This document shows, piece by piece, positions 13,093 to 25,261 of a stretch of DNA of 64,000 nt. Source of the DNA: Octopus sinensis. Lineage: Eukaryota. The position numbers and the translations under genes were made by a program. The stretch is from the NCBI RefSeq assembly GCF_006345805.1, contig NC_043002.1, positions 16,554,001-16,618,000 of the forward strand. The letters are read 5' to 3'. A model generated the notes under the pieces. It saw only the letters and a program-made list of their open reading frames with translations, was not told where the DNA came from and searched no databases. Each line of letters opens with the position of its first letter. Position 1 is the first letter of the stretch.

Positions 13093-14316
13093 GTGTGTGT
13101 GTGTATGTGTGTGTGTGTGTAAATATGTATACGTATATATATGCGTGTATGTGTGCTTGTGTGTGTAAATATCTATACGTATATGTGTGTGTGAGTGAAT
13201 ATACATAGTAGTTAAGGTAGAGTCTCCCTTCGGCCTCGACATATACGGCTAATATTATAGGCATTAGGCTAACCACAGATATTGATTGTTTACAGATGTG
13301 AAGGCGTGTCCCGGACTAACCACACAACAAAATTTTAAAACCAAGAGGAGTATTAAAAGTAGAAGAAACGATTTACAATGTGCTATTGTGAAGAGTATCA
13401 CTATATTGTCTTCTCTTTGTAAAATCGATACAACTGCAGTACACCAATTATCGAGCTAGCAACATTATATTGTTTATCTCAAGTTAACAATCTGACATAA
13501 CTCTAACCCTACACGACCCATCAAATACGATTTGCATCTCCTGCGCATGATATCTAAACCCTTGGTCCCTCTTCATCTATGTAAGATAATATGATTATGT
13601 ATACAAAAATATGACTCTAGGACTCCCTTGCCTAGGCACAAGGTTTATTTTCATGCAAATTATTCAAATTATGATTCACTGGCCCTTCACCTCTTCCCTT
13701 TGTTCTTTAATTCTGTTTCATGTGTTTATTGAATGATATCTTTTAATTGGCGATAGATGAACTATGTTATAATAACTCATCTCAAATGAATAAATATGTA
13801 TGCGCACACAGATACATACGGAATGAGAGAAACACGAACCCGTGTGTTGGGTGTGCGTGCGTGCGAGGGCTGAGTGAGTGTGTGTGAGAGCATGTAGTGT
13901 GCATGCGTATGTATGCGTGTATGTGTATGTTTGTTTGTGTATGTATTTCAGAGTTTTGCAATTGAATATCATTTGAGTTCGTACTAGAAAACTAATTCAA
14001 TTACACCATAAAATCTATTATAAGGAAACACATACATTAGGTCTTCTTTATTTCTTCATGCTAAATATCAGCATGTTCACGCATGTACTTTAACTGGTCA
14101 TGAATAAAACTACTTTCAACCTATTGGTAGGAGTAAGAATTGTGTGATACATAAACTATCAAGTAAAATAATTACACCTTCTTACCTGGATATGAGAGCA
14201 ATAATTTGAAGGATGAGGTAAACCATCTTATTGACCTGATGACTCGAATTTACTTCATGTTATAAAGGACCGTGTGGAGAACTGTATAGTAGAATTCAGT
14301 AGGTCAGAATCTTGGT

Positions 14317-14715
14317 ATTCTTTATTCTTTTATTTGTTTCAGTCATATGAGTGCGGCTATGAAGGAGCACCGCATTTAGTCGAGCAAATCGCCCCCAGGA
14401 TTTATCCTTTGTAAGCCTAGTACTTATTCTATCGGTCTATCTTGCCGAACCGCTAAGTGACGGGGATGTAAACACACCAGCATCGGTTGTCAAGCGATGT
14501 TGCGGGGACAAACACAGACAAACAAACATATAGATATATACGACGAGCTTCTTTCAGTTTCCGTCTACCGAATCCATTCACAAGGCTTTGGTCGGCCCGA
14601 GGCTATAGTAGAAGACACTTGCCCAAGATGCCATGCAATGACACTGAACCCGGAACCATGTGATTGGTAAACAAGCTAGTTATCACTCAGCCTCTCCTGC
14701 ACCTACTTACCACAG
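14317..14715 (-). mobile_element. SINE family B
   Basis: Full colinear similarity to the other family B copies. Confidence 0.85.
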
Positions 14716-14934
14716 AGCCAGTAATAATTTTAACCAAATTGTGTAAGGCGAATTGCCCAAATATCCAGTGATTCCATCATTCTACTCTTCTCGTAATTTG
14801 CATTATAATATCTGTTTTAAATTTTGGGGCAAAACTAATATAACGGAGAGGATGTTAGTCTATGATATTAATCCTCCTAATTGATTAGCATATTTATTTT
14901 ATCGACCCCTGACACACGGTGTCATACTCAGTGA

Positions 14935-15470
14935 CTCCTGGTATTTTCCCATACCACATATTTGCTCTTTATAGGCCGTGATTTTTACAGAGCTCCAACG
15001 GATCCGTTCTTGCCACATTACCATATCGTATTTTGTGATTACGTTGTGCCAAATTCAGGTATTCGCTAACGATGTGCCATACCCATTTCGCGCCTCTTTC
15101 TTCACCGTCATTATTTTCCATATCCCGACTATTTCGTACTTAAGAGGGTTGTATTTATCTAGCCTCTTGACTTCCTACTTGATTATTCGTAGGTGAAAGG
15201 AGCATCCAGAATCAACACTACAGCATATATTGTGCGCCTTATCCACCACCACTAAGTCTGGTCTGTTATGCTCTAGCACCTAATTTGTTTGCATTCTGAA
15301 GTCCCAGAGGATTTTCCTAGTCTCCGAATCCGCTTCACTATGCGGTGTATGCTCATAGCACGTCTTGCCTTTCGCTGCGCCCCAATTTTTGCACAGTTTT
15401 TATAATATTGAAGCTATCAACACCTGGGCGGTTTGATATGACAACGCTTCCGAGCTCTTTATGTGGATAT
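14935..15470 (-). mobile_element. two degraded R4/Dong-type RLE LINE fragments
   Basis: 15095-15470 reads KLCKNWG...YEHTP...KILWDFRMQTN*VLEHNRPDLVVVDK...LDKYNPLKYEI. 14935-15090 reads VWHIVSEYLNLAQRNHKIRYGNVAR...ELCKNHGL. Confidence 0.8.
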
Positions 15471-16024
15471 ATTTTTCATACCGTAAGCGCATAAGGAGTA
15501 TAGATAGAAATTAATCTTGTCTTTGTTTTTTGCAAGACACAGTTTAGAGTGAATTTGTCTAGTGATGTGACTGATTTGCTACTCTTTTGTGTTCGTTCGT
15601 GGATAATTACATAGTTTTTGTTTTTATAGCTTCACCCGTGACATTTTTTCCTTGTGTGTACATGTGTGCTTGTGTCGTGTGAGCGTTGTGCATGATGTTT
15701 ATAAATATTAAACTGTGTGCATGTATGCATAAACAGTTAAGTGTATTCGTAATCGATTAATTTGTATTAATGTGTATTTGGTTTGCTTTTGGCTGATGTT
15801 GGTTTCGAACTTTTGCACATGTAACATTGAGAAACCGCGCATAAAAGAAAAAAAAAAATTAACGATAATCTTTCGAATTTTTTAGTTACATTGCTTTAAA
15901 AGATTTCTTTCGCAGATATATTGCGAAGTTTCCCTTCAATTTCACTATTGTTGTTGCATTAAATTCATTTTGTGGATGCAGGTTCCTAGTTTACGTCCAT
16001 GGTGCTATTTAGACCAGAGCTCTA

Positions 16025-16225
16025 TTCTTGAGGCAGCGAATAAGACAGTGAGCTGGCAGAATCGTTAGCGCACCGGACGTAATGTTCAACGGTATTTAAT
16101 CTGTCTTCACATTCGTAGTTCAAAAATCCCCCGAGTTCGACTTTCCCTATCATCATTTCAATAAAATAAGTAGCAGTTGAGTACTAGGGTCGATGTCATT
16201 TACTGCCCCCCTCCTACAAAATCGA
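16025..16225 (+). mobile_element. diverged family A-variant SINE
   Basis: GAGCTGGCAGAATCGTTAGC head, GTTCAAA B box, ATAAAATAAGTAGCAG core. Confidence 0.7.
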
Positions 16226-16235
16226 GGTCTTCTGC

Positions 16236-16237
<2 letters not shown>

Positions 16238-16294
<57 letters not shown>

Positions 16295-16322
16295 TATTAT
16301 TATTATTATTAATAATAATGAT
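16238..16322. repeat. (ATT)n microsatellite
   Basis: Direct reading. Confidence 0.95.
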
Positions 16323-17638
16323 GAAATAAATACATATTGGCATTTGGAATATTGATTTGTAGGGAAGGAATAATAAATAAAGGCATTTCAATGTAAGAGC
16401 ACCATTGGTCTCGCAACCTGATTGTTTAAGCAGAGTTATTCCACCCGCAAGCAAAGCACAACTGAACACGAGAAAAAGAAAATATTAAAGAAGTCGTTTT
16501 TGTCGAATAAATATATTAGCCATTCCCAACATGAATATAACATAATTAGGGAAACAAATACATGAATACAAACAAATGATAAAAAATATGCCTGAACACC
16601 CAAGACTAGTTAAATCTAGCCAATGATGAACATTGAGGAGATGCAATAACCATGTTACAGAAATGCGAGAAAAGTTTTTGACAATTTTGTAGGAGATAAT
16701 ACCATTAAGACATACATATAAGTAAATGTAAAGTTTGTGTTCGTATTTTCATATCGCTAACACGATGTCTCTTACGAGATCTGTTTATGCTAATACACAT
16801 ATCATTCATAAATATATGCCTGAATCTCTAAACGTCGAATCTCTAAACTTTGAAGATCTAGACAAAATGGTTTTTGAATGCTTCGAGCATTTATCGATTT
16901 TATTTTGGTCACACGTTTCTCACAAAAAAAATCACTTTCTGTTTATGCGCGGATACTATATCTAAATAGATCAGTAAACTTCATGAAGATACGCGATGAG
17001 GCGGAAACATTCGGCTGTATGAGATTATAAGTGTCACTATCAGCAACCAATTGCTAGTTGATTATTGACTTTCACATCAGTACAACATTGTAAAATGTGT
17101 AACAAAACGTCATGAAACGCCTCGTCGGTATTGATATTTTGAAGTCAAAGAGAGTTATTGATATTGATGTGCTATTGACAAAACGGATAGCAAACGCATG
17201 TGAAATCGCTATCATTGAAAATAATCTCATGATATTGTGGTTATATATATTTCGGCAATGCCTTTAAAAATTGTGCTATTCATCCAAATTATTCCATGTC
17301 ATCTATTAATACGGTCTGCTTCAAAAATAAACCATCTCTATTTTCCCTTTGTAATTATTGATGCTGGCTAAAAGATTAAACAGCCTAAATTCAGTTGTAG
17401 AATATGACCAGGAGTAGATAGAACCGGGTTGATATAGAATAACCATTCCAAAATTCTATGGTTCGATCCAGGACAACATTCTAAACAGCGTAAGGTTTAG
17501 ACGTGACGTATATATCAGCAAATTGCTCCGAATCATTTTGTATATTGATGATTCGAGCTGCAGTACCAATGTCTTTCAATTTCTACAGGGGAACAATGGA
17601 AATCTATTTTAACAGCTTTAACTTCAGTGCAACGTGTT

Positions 17639-20600
17639 ATTTCATTTCATTTCATTTCATTTGGGTTTGAGTCCATGCTCAGGCCAAGTCGAAGACTCCA
17701 CCCTCAGAGTCTGGTGTGGTTGCCAGGTTGTATTCTCTGCTTAAATTTGACATGTGTAGGAGCGAGTTTGAGTCAGTTTGTGCTCGTTGTGTATATCCTG
17801 GGAGATGGGGTTCATCTCTAATGGTGCTTAAGTATCTATCCAGTTGCAATTTGAATGATTCCACACTGCATCCTGATAGATTTCTGACATATACCGGAAT
17901 GGAGTTGAACAGTTGTGCTCCTCGAACCAACAGACTTGATTCTCGCAGGGTTTTTGCTGCCTGGCCAGCCTTTTTGTTGATTGGTGGCAGCTGGCAGCGT
18001 CTTCCGTGGCGCAGTGAGTGGTAGGTTTTGATACCAAAGTTTGGCACCTTCTGCTCTATCATTTTCCAAATGTATATAATTCGGTATCGCTCAAATCTTC
18101 TTTCTATTGAGTACATCCTCAAGGTTTTGAGTCTTTGCCAATAGTCCAGGTCCCTCGTTTCTGAGAAGTATGAGGTAAAATTTCTTTGGAGCGATTCTAT
18201 CTTAGATAGTTGGCCCTTTGTTGTTGGTGACCACAACTGAGAACAGTAGTCAATCCTCGGAAGTATCATACTGTTCCAGAGGGTTTTCATTGTTGAGGTA
18301 TCTCTTGATTTGAAGGTGCGCAAGATCCACCCGCTGTACTTTCTTGCAGTAAGACAGACTGAGTCAAGGTGTTCTCTGAATTTTAGGTTGGTTCCCATGT
18401 GGATGCCTAAATCTTTCACATACTGTTTTTCCATTATTTGTTGTCCTGATGGGTTTCTGTAGTTTGTTGTATTTTTCAGATCTTGATCTGTTCCGTAGCG
18501 AATTAGTTCAAACTTCTTATCATTGAACAACATGTTGTTTGTTTCCTGCCATTTATATATGGTGGTCAGGTCCTTTTGTAAGGCCTCTGTATCCACCTCG
18601 TCTTTGATTTGTCTCATGACCCTGGTGTCATCAGCAAAGGATGAGACGTTGCTGGTTGTATCTTCATCTATGTCAGAGATGAGGATGAGAAACAGGATTG
18701 GGCCGAGTACTGTACCCTGAGGAACACTGCTGGTCACAGGTGATGGTGTTGAATGGGTTCCATTCACAGTGACTGTTTGAGTTCTATTTGTAAGGAACTC
18801 GTTTATCCATGTACCAACTTTTCCTCCTACTCCTAGCTTTCGAAGTTTGTGACCCAGGATGCCATGATCTACCTTGTCAAATGCCTTGGCAAAGTCGAGG
18901 TAGATAACATCTGTGTTGTATCCATTCTCTAGATTTTCTAGGATTTGGTCATGGTGTGCCAGTAGTTGGGAAAGGCATGATCTACCTAACCTGAATCCAT
19001 GCTGGTTGCAATTCATCAGATTGTTGGATTCCAGGAACTCAACCAGTTTTCCACGAACTATTCTTTCGAAGACCTTGATAATGTGTGATGTCAGTGAGAT
19101 TGGTCGGTAGTTCTTTGGTTTTGATTTGCTATCCCCTTTATGTATTGGAGTTATGTGTGCTTCTTTATATGTATTTGGTATTTTGCCATTCTCCATAGAT
19201 TCCCTCCATATCATGTAAAGGGGTTTCGACAATTGTGCCTTGCAGTTTTTAAGTATCATGGCATTGAAACCGTCAGGCCCCGCAGCCGAGTGCATGGAGA
19301 GCTTGTCTATTGCTCTTGCTATGTCTTCTGGGTTGAAATCAATGTCGGATAGGGTAGGTTTAGTATGGTCGATATCCTTGAAGAATTTTCCTGGGTCATG
19401 GATCTTCATGGTTTTAGATGGCTCACTGAAGACACTTTCATACTGTTGACCCAACATTTCTGCCATTTCAATAGGGTTATTCACTACATCCCCATTTTGT
19501 CTCTGGAGAGGTCCTATTGTTGACTTGGTGTTCGAGTATTTCTTTGCAAAACTGTAGAAACATTTTGGATTTTTCTTGATGTTTTCTATGGCTTTCTTTT
19601 CTGCATTGCTACGTTCTTCATCATAGTGTTGTTTTAGATTGTCTTCTAATCTGTATATTTGGTCAAGGACTTTCTGTAATTCATGTTTTGATGTCAGCTT
19701 AGATGTTTTGTTTCTTAGTCTTGACCTTTTGCGCATCAGGATCTTTCGCTCCCGTGGTACAGGTTTTTTTGTGGACTTGGTTTTCTTTAGAGGAACATTT
19801 TTTTCACATATTTCTTCGATCTTGTTTAAGAATTTCTTGTGTTTATCTGGCCCAGTAAGGTAGAGATCCCAGTCAATGATTTGTAACTGGTTGTTAATAG
19901 TTTCCCAATTTGCCTGGTGATAATCATACCTGCATAGCTTTGGCATGTCCTTTTGTTTAAGAGTTGTGGCATTGGGCTCATTACCAATGTGTAAATGCAT
20001 TTCAATAATATTGTGGTCTGAAAGGATTGTTGGGGTTGAGTGAAGGTCAAATAGCGTGTCCTCGTTGTTGGTGAAAACCAAGTCGATCGTATTATTATTT
20101 CTTGTTGCTTCTGTCATCATTTGTTTGAGGTATAATTTCTCTGTGACTTCCAACAGTTTGGCTGCCTGTATTTGTTCAGCTTTTGTCCCCAGTTTTAGTA
20201 TGTGTCCATGTGGCCAGATGATGTTAGGGAAGTTGAAGTCACCAAGGAGGATAATGTCTGGCATTGGACTTGCCATGTTTCCCAGAATTTGTTGGAGCTT
20301 CGTCAGTGGCTCAGTGAAGGATAATGTTGGGCTGTTTGGCGGTCTGTACATTATTGTTACAACTGTATTAAGTTGGATGATTTTTATGCACAGCAGGTTG
20401 CAGTAGGCATTTGATTCATTGACAAGTTCTATGCATGCATAGGTATCATGGATATACATGATAACGCCCCCATGGGATCTGCCTTGTCTATCACATCTGA
20501 AGATGTTGAATCTATTGATTATGATTTCGCTGTTGCGGATGTTTTCGTTGAGATGACTTTCAGTAATTCCAATTATTTTGGAGTTGTTTTCTGTTGCTAA

Positions 20601-20900
20601 TTCTTCCAAGAAAGGGACTTTACACTGTTTTGTTTTCGGATAAAGACCCTGGATATTTGCTGTTATTATGCTTGTTGTACCGGATACATCTGCCCTATAT
20701 GTTATATGTGGTTCTTAAAATGAAAATTCTCTGGACGCTGGCCTGTAATTGCCATACATTGTGGTACTCGATTTCTAGAGCTCGAACATTTTCTGGCGCT
20801 GGAACATTCCTACACTTCCAGGCAGCTTCTTTTTTAACTCTGAACCTCTACTCAGGAAATCTTCAGAGACTAGCAATATAGATATTGATAGAGATGTCTG
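17639..20900 (-). mobile_element. CR1/L2-group non-LTR retrotransposon (LINE), young copy; 5' boundary uncertain
   Basis: Contains the intact EN+RT frame. On the - strand the stop codon (17679-17681) is followed by a 16-bp 3'UTR and an (AAATG)4 tail (17639-17662). No ORF1 or target-site duplication was found. Confidence 0.93.
17679..20714 (-). CDS. LINE ORF2: APE endonuclease + reverse transcriptase (CR1/L2 group)
   Basis: The track ORF (17679-20609, TTG start) stays open upstream to 20714 (EPHITYRADVSGTTSIITANIQGLYPK...). APE motifs: TANIQGL, GITESHL, MYRPP, LGDFNFP, TIDLVF, LSDHN. RT motifs: KNYRPISL, QHGFR, YLDFAKAFDKV, PQGTVLGP, FADD. No stop or frameshift. Confidence 0.95.
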   Translation of the reverse strand, partial: EPHITYRADVSGTTSIITANIQGLYPKTKQCKVPFLEELATENNSKIIGITESHLNENIRNSEIIINRFNIFRCDRQGRSHGGVIMYIHDTYACIELVNESNAYCNLLCIKIIQLNTVVTIMYRPPNSPTLSFTEPLTKLQQILGNMASPMPDIILLGDFNFPNIIWPHGHILKLGTKAEQIQAAKLLEVTEKLYLKQMMTEATRNNNTIDLVFTNNEDTLFDLHSTPTILSDHNIIEMHLHIGNEPNATTLKQKDMPKLCRYDYHQANWETINNQLQIIDWDLYLTGPDKHKKFLNKIEEICEKNVPLKKTKSTKKPVPRERKILMRKRSRLRNKTSKLTSKHELQKVLDQIYRLEDNLKQHYDEERSNAEKKAIENIKKNPKCFYSFAKKYSNTKSTIGPLQRQNGDVVNNPIEMAEMLGQQYESVFSEPSKTMKIHDPGKFFKDIDHTKPTLSDIDFNPEDIARAIDKLSMHSAAGPDGFNAMILKNCKAQLSKPLYMIWRESMENGKIPNTYKEAHITPIHKGDSKSKPKNYRPISLTSHIIKVFERIVRGKLVEFLESNNLMNCNQHGFRLGRSCLSQLLAHHDQILENLENGYNTDVIYLDFAKAFDKVDHGILGHKLRKLGVGGKVGTWINEFLTNRTQTVTVNGTHSTPSPVTSSVPQGTVLGPILFLILISDIDEDTTSNVSSFADDTRVMRQIKDEVDTEALQKDLTTIYKWQETNNMLFNDKKFELIRYGTDQDLKNTTNYRNPSGQQIMEKQYVKDLGIHMGTNLKFREHLDSVCLTARKYSGWILRTFKSRDTSTMKTLWNSMILPRIDYCSQLWSPTTKGQLSKIESLQRNFTSYFSETRDLDYWQRLKTLRMYSIERRFERYRIIYIWKMIEQKVPNFGIKTYHSLRHGRRCQLPPINKKAGQAAKTLRESSLLVRGAQLFNSIPVYVRNLSGCSVESFKLQLDRYLSTIRDEPHLPGYTQRAQTDSNSLLHMSNLSREYNLATTPDSEGGVFDLA

Positions 20901-21314
20901 GAGCATCACCATTTCGATTTAGCACTAAATGAATACGTAAAATATTATACAACGCTATCACACATTCACCATTCTTTCCAAACTCTTCAGTAGAAAATGC
21001 ATGGCGTGGCCTGGCCGAAAATATATTTGTAACTAAAAAAATGATAAAATATTAGCTACAGAAAAACACATTCACCAGCTACCATATTTTCACTGTCACC
21101 ACATTCTCAGGTGTCAGGCACATTCTCAAATGAGATTAAGTTGAAATATATAACAAAAATAAAAGAAAACCTTTACAGACGTCAGTATATGCCCTAGATA
21201 AAAAATCATTGCAATATTTACCAACACATTTTAGAGAGTATACATTGTTTAGTTTCATGAAAGTGTGATTGAAATTCGACATAGACTGTCACTACAATTG
21301 TCTTACAACTAAGA

Positions 21315-21470
21315 CATTCCTTATTGTGCCTTCTTAATTGTTGTCATGTTCAAACATTATATCTATTGTTATCTAAATATATTCTGTTGCAACATCATAC
21401 CTCTGCTCTAGTACGTCCCTTTCAACAGAAACATATTCAACCTTGCAGATCAATAACTTTAGCTTGCATT
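21315..21470 (+). repeat. copy 1 of an approximately 155-bp local direct repeat
   Basis: Matches 23057-23212; the 67-bp core (21347-21413) is identical. Confidence 0.85.
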
Positions 21471-23056
21471 GTAATTATTTTGCTCTCCCTTAATTGCTAT
21501 CGAGTGTGTTCCAACGTACTTCACTCAATATTTCTATTGTATTCTTATATTGGTAGTATCATTGGAAATTAGTTAAATTGCATGTTATTTCCTGGTTTAC
21601 CATTTTATTCCGATAGATCTATGTATATAAATATGCGTGTTGTCTTGACTTCATTCTTTTAATTTCACTGTTACATGCAGACATATCCATATTTATCTAG
21701 ATATCAAATGAATATGTATTAAATAACATAGTTCAAAAATATTAAAAAAACGAAAGTAATTGATTTCTATATATATGTAATTTTTCTCTTTGAAATAGAA
21801 TAATTTAGAGTGCAAATTTTGTGACATTTCATTATTTTCTTCCCTCTCAAATTATGTTTCCTACAATATCAACACACAAATATATTTCAATTCACTTTAA
21901 TTTATATTTAGTAGGATGAAACACACTTCTTTGATTGGTGTGAATATATTTCCAATCATATCGGAATATTGAAGTCACCAGAGAGTTCTTGTAGTTTATT
22001 TTAAACATAATATTTAAAGTAAGGTCAAAGACCTGCGGTAACTCGTGAGCAAAGTTATACTTGGCTACATTGATTAGTATCAAGTTTTAGTTAATTATTT
22101 TACAGTCACTTGGATAATGAAATGCAATATTCTATTGGATGGAAGCCAAGGTTGTTAACTTCTAAACGTAAACTGAAGTAACATATTAAATGCTATGAAG
22201 AATAGTGTCTACTATGCTGCAAATTCTTCGAGACTCCACTCTGAATAATTAAGCACAAATCTAAATATTTTGACGGAAATGCTTAGTCGATTATTTCCAG
22301 CGGATTTTCCCGCTGGTATTGAGTGATATGTTTATCTCCGAGGTATTTGATCTACAAACGTAGAAAGCCAGTAAAATTTACATGAATGTAAAATGGCATT
22401 TAGTACGAATCCTTAAACATTTTACCAAAATTTCATCTGTCCTTTTATTATAAGAATGCATTCAAATTTTGACTCGTGGCTAGCTATTGTGAATGAAAGA
22501 CGATCTCGATGATATTAGTAAGAAAAAATTCAGTTTCGTATAAATACATATTTATATTAAGTTTTGATTTTCGGAAACTACTATGAATAATAATAGACGT
22601 GCAAATAATACGTGTATTGTCGAGGAGCGCCGCAAACGTAATAGAGGATGAATGGAAGAAATAGGTGTAACGGTGTTAACATAAAATGTAGACAGATTTA
22701 TTTAAAATGCCATACCCCTTTGGAAGATAACCCTATTGATGAACGATATGTCTCCACTATCCTTAATGTTCCTTTTCTTTTTTTACTGCAAGTCATCAAT
22801 CGTAGCAAGGTTGTCGAGCAAGGCCCAAAATCTATGATCTCTAATGTATCACATTCTCAACATAATAACGTTATCTGTTCCTGTAAACCATACACTTGTA
22901 TCAGAATTTAAATAGTGCATGCTACATGGCCACGAAACATATTTATAATCATATTGAAGGTTTGCCAAAGCACGTTGGGTTTGCATCAAGAGCTCATCTA
23001 TTAGATATCCCTCATTCTTGATTGTGATATTCGCTGCTAAGATGCCCGAGTCACGT

Positions 23057-23212
23057 CATTCCATATTGTATCTTCTTAATTGTTGACTTGTTCAAACATT
23101 ATATCTATTGTTATCTAAATATATTCTGTTGCAACATCATACCTCTGCTCTAGTAGCTTCCTTTTAACAGAAACATCTTTAACCTAGCAGATCAATAACT
23201 TTATCTAGCATT
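23057..23212 (+). repeat. copy 2 of an approximately 155-bp local direct repeat
   Basis: Matches 21315-21470; identical core at 23089-23155. Confidence 0.85.
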
Positions 23213-25261
23213 TAAATAAGTTACCATGTAGATAAGCTAATACACCTGGAATGTAGCATTCAGGTAAGCAGCTCTCTGTATATATGTCTAATAGACTTTT
23301 CTTTTGAACAATAGAAACTTAATAAATATGCGTGTAGGCACATAAAATTGTAGAAGACTTTCAAGGCGTCTATTTGTTTGATTTATCATAAGACGATTGC
23401 AAGGACTTTAAACAACGCTTTCGTATTTTCGTATCCGTTTTATATGGGATTCCAGCACTCATTATCTCTAAGAAATATTTCCGTACCGTCGATATTGACC
23501 AATTGGCGACTGGTTTGAAGTTCCACCTTTGTTACAGTTTATGTCAAAACAATATAACTGCTATTTGCATCGTGGAATGTCATCAGTATATCTCAAGATC
23601 AAGACCATTTTGAAATATTCCGCTTCCGATTAACACAGAGAGTCACTTCTACGAGTTGTAGTTACTGGGTAAATGCATAAGAGTTGGTTTTCATTGATAT
23701 TATGAAAGCGATGGAATCAATTTTTTCTTTCTGTATATATACATTTTTTTCTCTTTGTATTTTTTTTAAAAATCTGCTTCTATATTTTTTTCTTGCTGCG
23801 AATTTCTCATATTCTGATTTGTCAGTGTTTGGTTAATCTTTTTTTAATGTTGGTGTTGTTTTCATTTTTTTTGGCAGTCGTTTGTGATTTATACTGTTAC
23901 ATTGCGTGTCATGGGGTTTCACTGCCACTGTGATATTCCGTAAAACTCTTTTATACTTCACACGATCCCATTTGTAATGCTGCTTATATAATAATTATAA
24001 TTTGTGTCGAAAATAACTTCCTAAGTCGCTGAAATTCCGGAACCGGAAAAAATAATGGCATCTTCTATATATACATGCTGTTTTGGAAGAACCAACAGAA
24101 ACAGCATATAACTAAATATGTAAGTCAACAATTCGCTTTTAATTGGTGGAGTGACATTAATGAAATTAGTTCGAAAAGAAGACAGTAAAAATATATAACA
24201 ACAATAATCTTATAAACAGGAAATGCGATGATGTTCACGACAATTATGATGGTGCTCAAGTTGATGATGTTGGCAGTTCAGAATTTTAGGAGAGGTGTAC
24301 TAATTTTATCGTCCCTAATATTTCTCTTGTGCGCTATTTTATTGTTAACTGAATTATTACGTTATTGTTTTGTATTTTCTATTATAGCCTCTGGTCTGCA
24401 AAAATAACGTCTGACGACGGGAAATAGACGGATACATCGTCGATGCTGGACACGTTGAATAGTGTAAAAAGGGAAGATAAAAACAGTATTATAAAAAATA
24501 GAATAAAATGTCACTAATGGAAGAGATAGTCTCCAAGTGTTAATCAAAGATCACTATTCATTCTTGAGTATAATTAGCTGAATTACCAAAATTTGGACTT
24601 CGAACTGCTATTGAATAATCCAAAGGCAAAAGAAGAAAAGAAAATATCATTCACTCGGGATACGTACATCACCATCAATACAGAGTCTTTTGAAAAATCC
24701 ATGATACCTTTCGTAAGGAAAATGCTGATCTTCATTCTTATTGAGCACACAATAATGAACTTGTAACCTATAGAAAAGATAAAAGGCACTGGCTTACCGT
24801 TTCCGACAGTGAAGTAACTTCATGCTACACTCATTAGATAGGTGCAACTGTTTTATTCTCTACAAGAGTTGTTCAAATTCTCTTAAATGCTTGAACACTA
24901 TTTGAGCTCGTGCTCAAGGATTTAACAATATGTATTGATTTTTGTCAGGAGTAGAACGCTGCAATAGGAACTTCACTCACAGCCAGTTTTTGTTCTTCTT
25001 TTACTCAGAACGTTGCCGGTTTACACCTCTCACTAGTTCTCTATAAATAATGAGTGTAGAACTTCGAAATATTTCATTTCTGAGATGCAGTAGGAAGCAA
25101 ACTTTGTAAATGTCAGGCCCCAACGACTTGTAAACGTCCGCATCAGATTTCTGACGTTAAAGCAGCTAAAATAAATTTCAACACGCTCCTACCACTTTAG
25201 AAAGATATTCAAAATATTCATCAAGTGTACGACCAATATTCGTTTTATTCTCGCTTTCTCT

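Noticed and set aside
16980-17020. ATGAAGA...GAAACATT hammerhead-like words
   Set aside because: The CUGA core is missing and the helices do not form.
17716-20406. Plus-strand ORFs overlapping the LINE
   Set aside because: Antisense shadows of ORF2 with no recognisable domains.
20715-21100. ORF1 of the intact LINE
   Set aside because: All three - strand frames stop within about 50 codons; no zinc finger, RRM or esterase motif was seen.
22297-22316. 7-bp hairpin CCAGCGG/CCGCTGG (also ATACCAC/GTGGTAT near 60430)
   Set aside because: Short stems of this size are expected by chance, and there is no supporting context.
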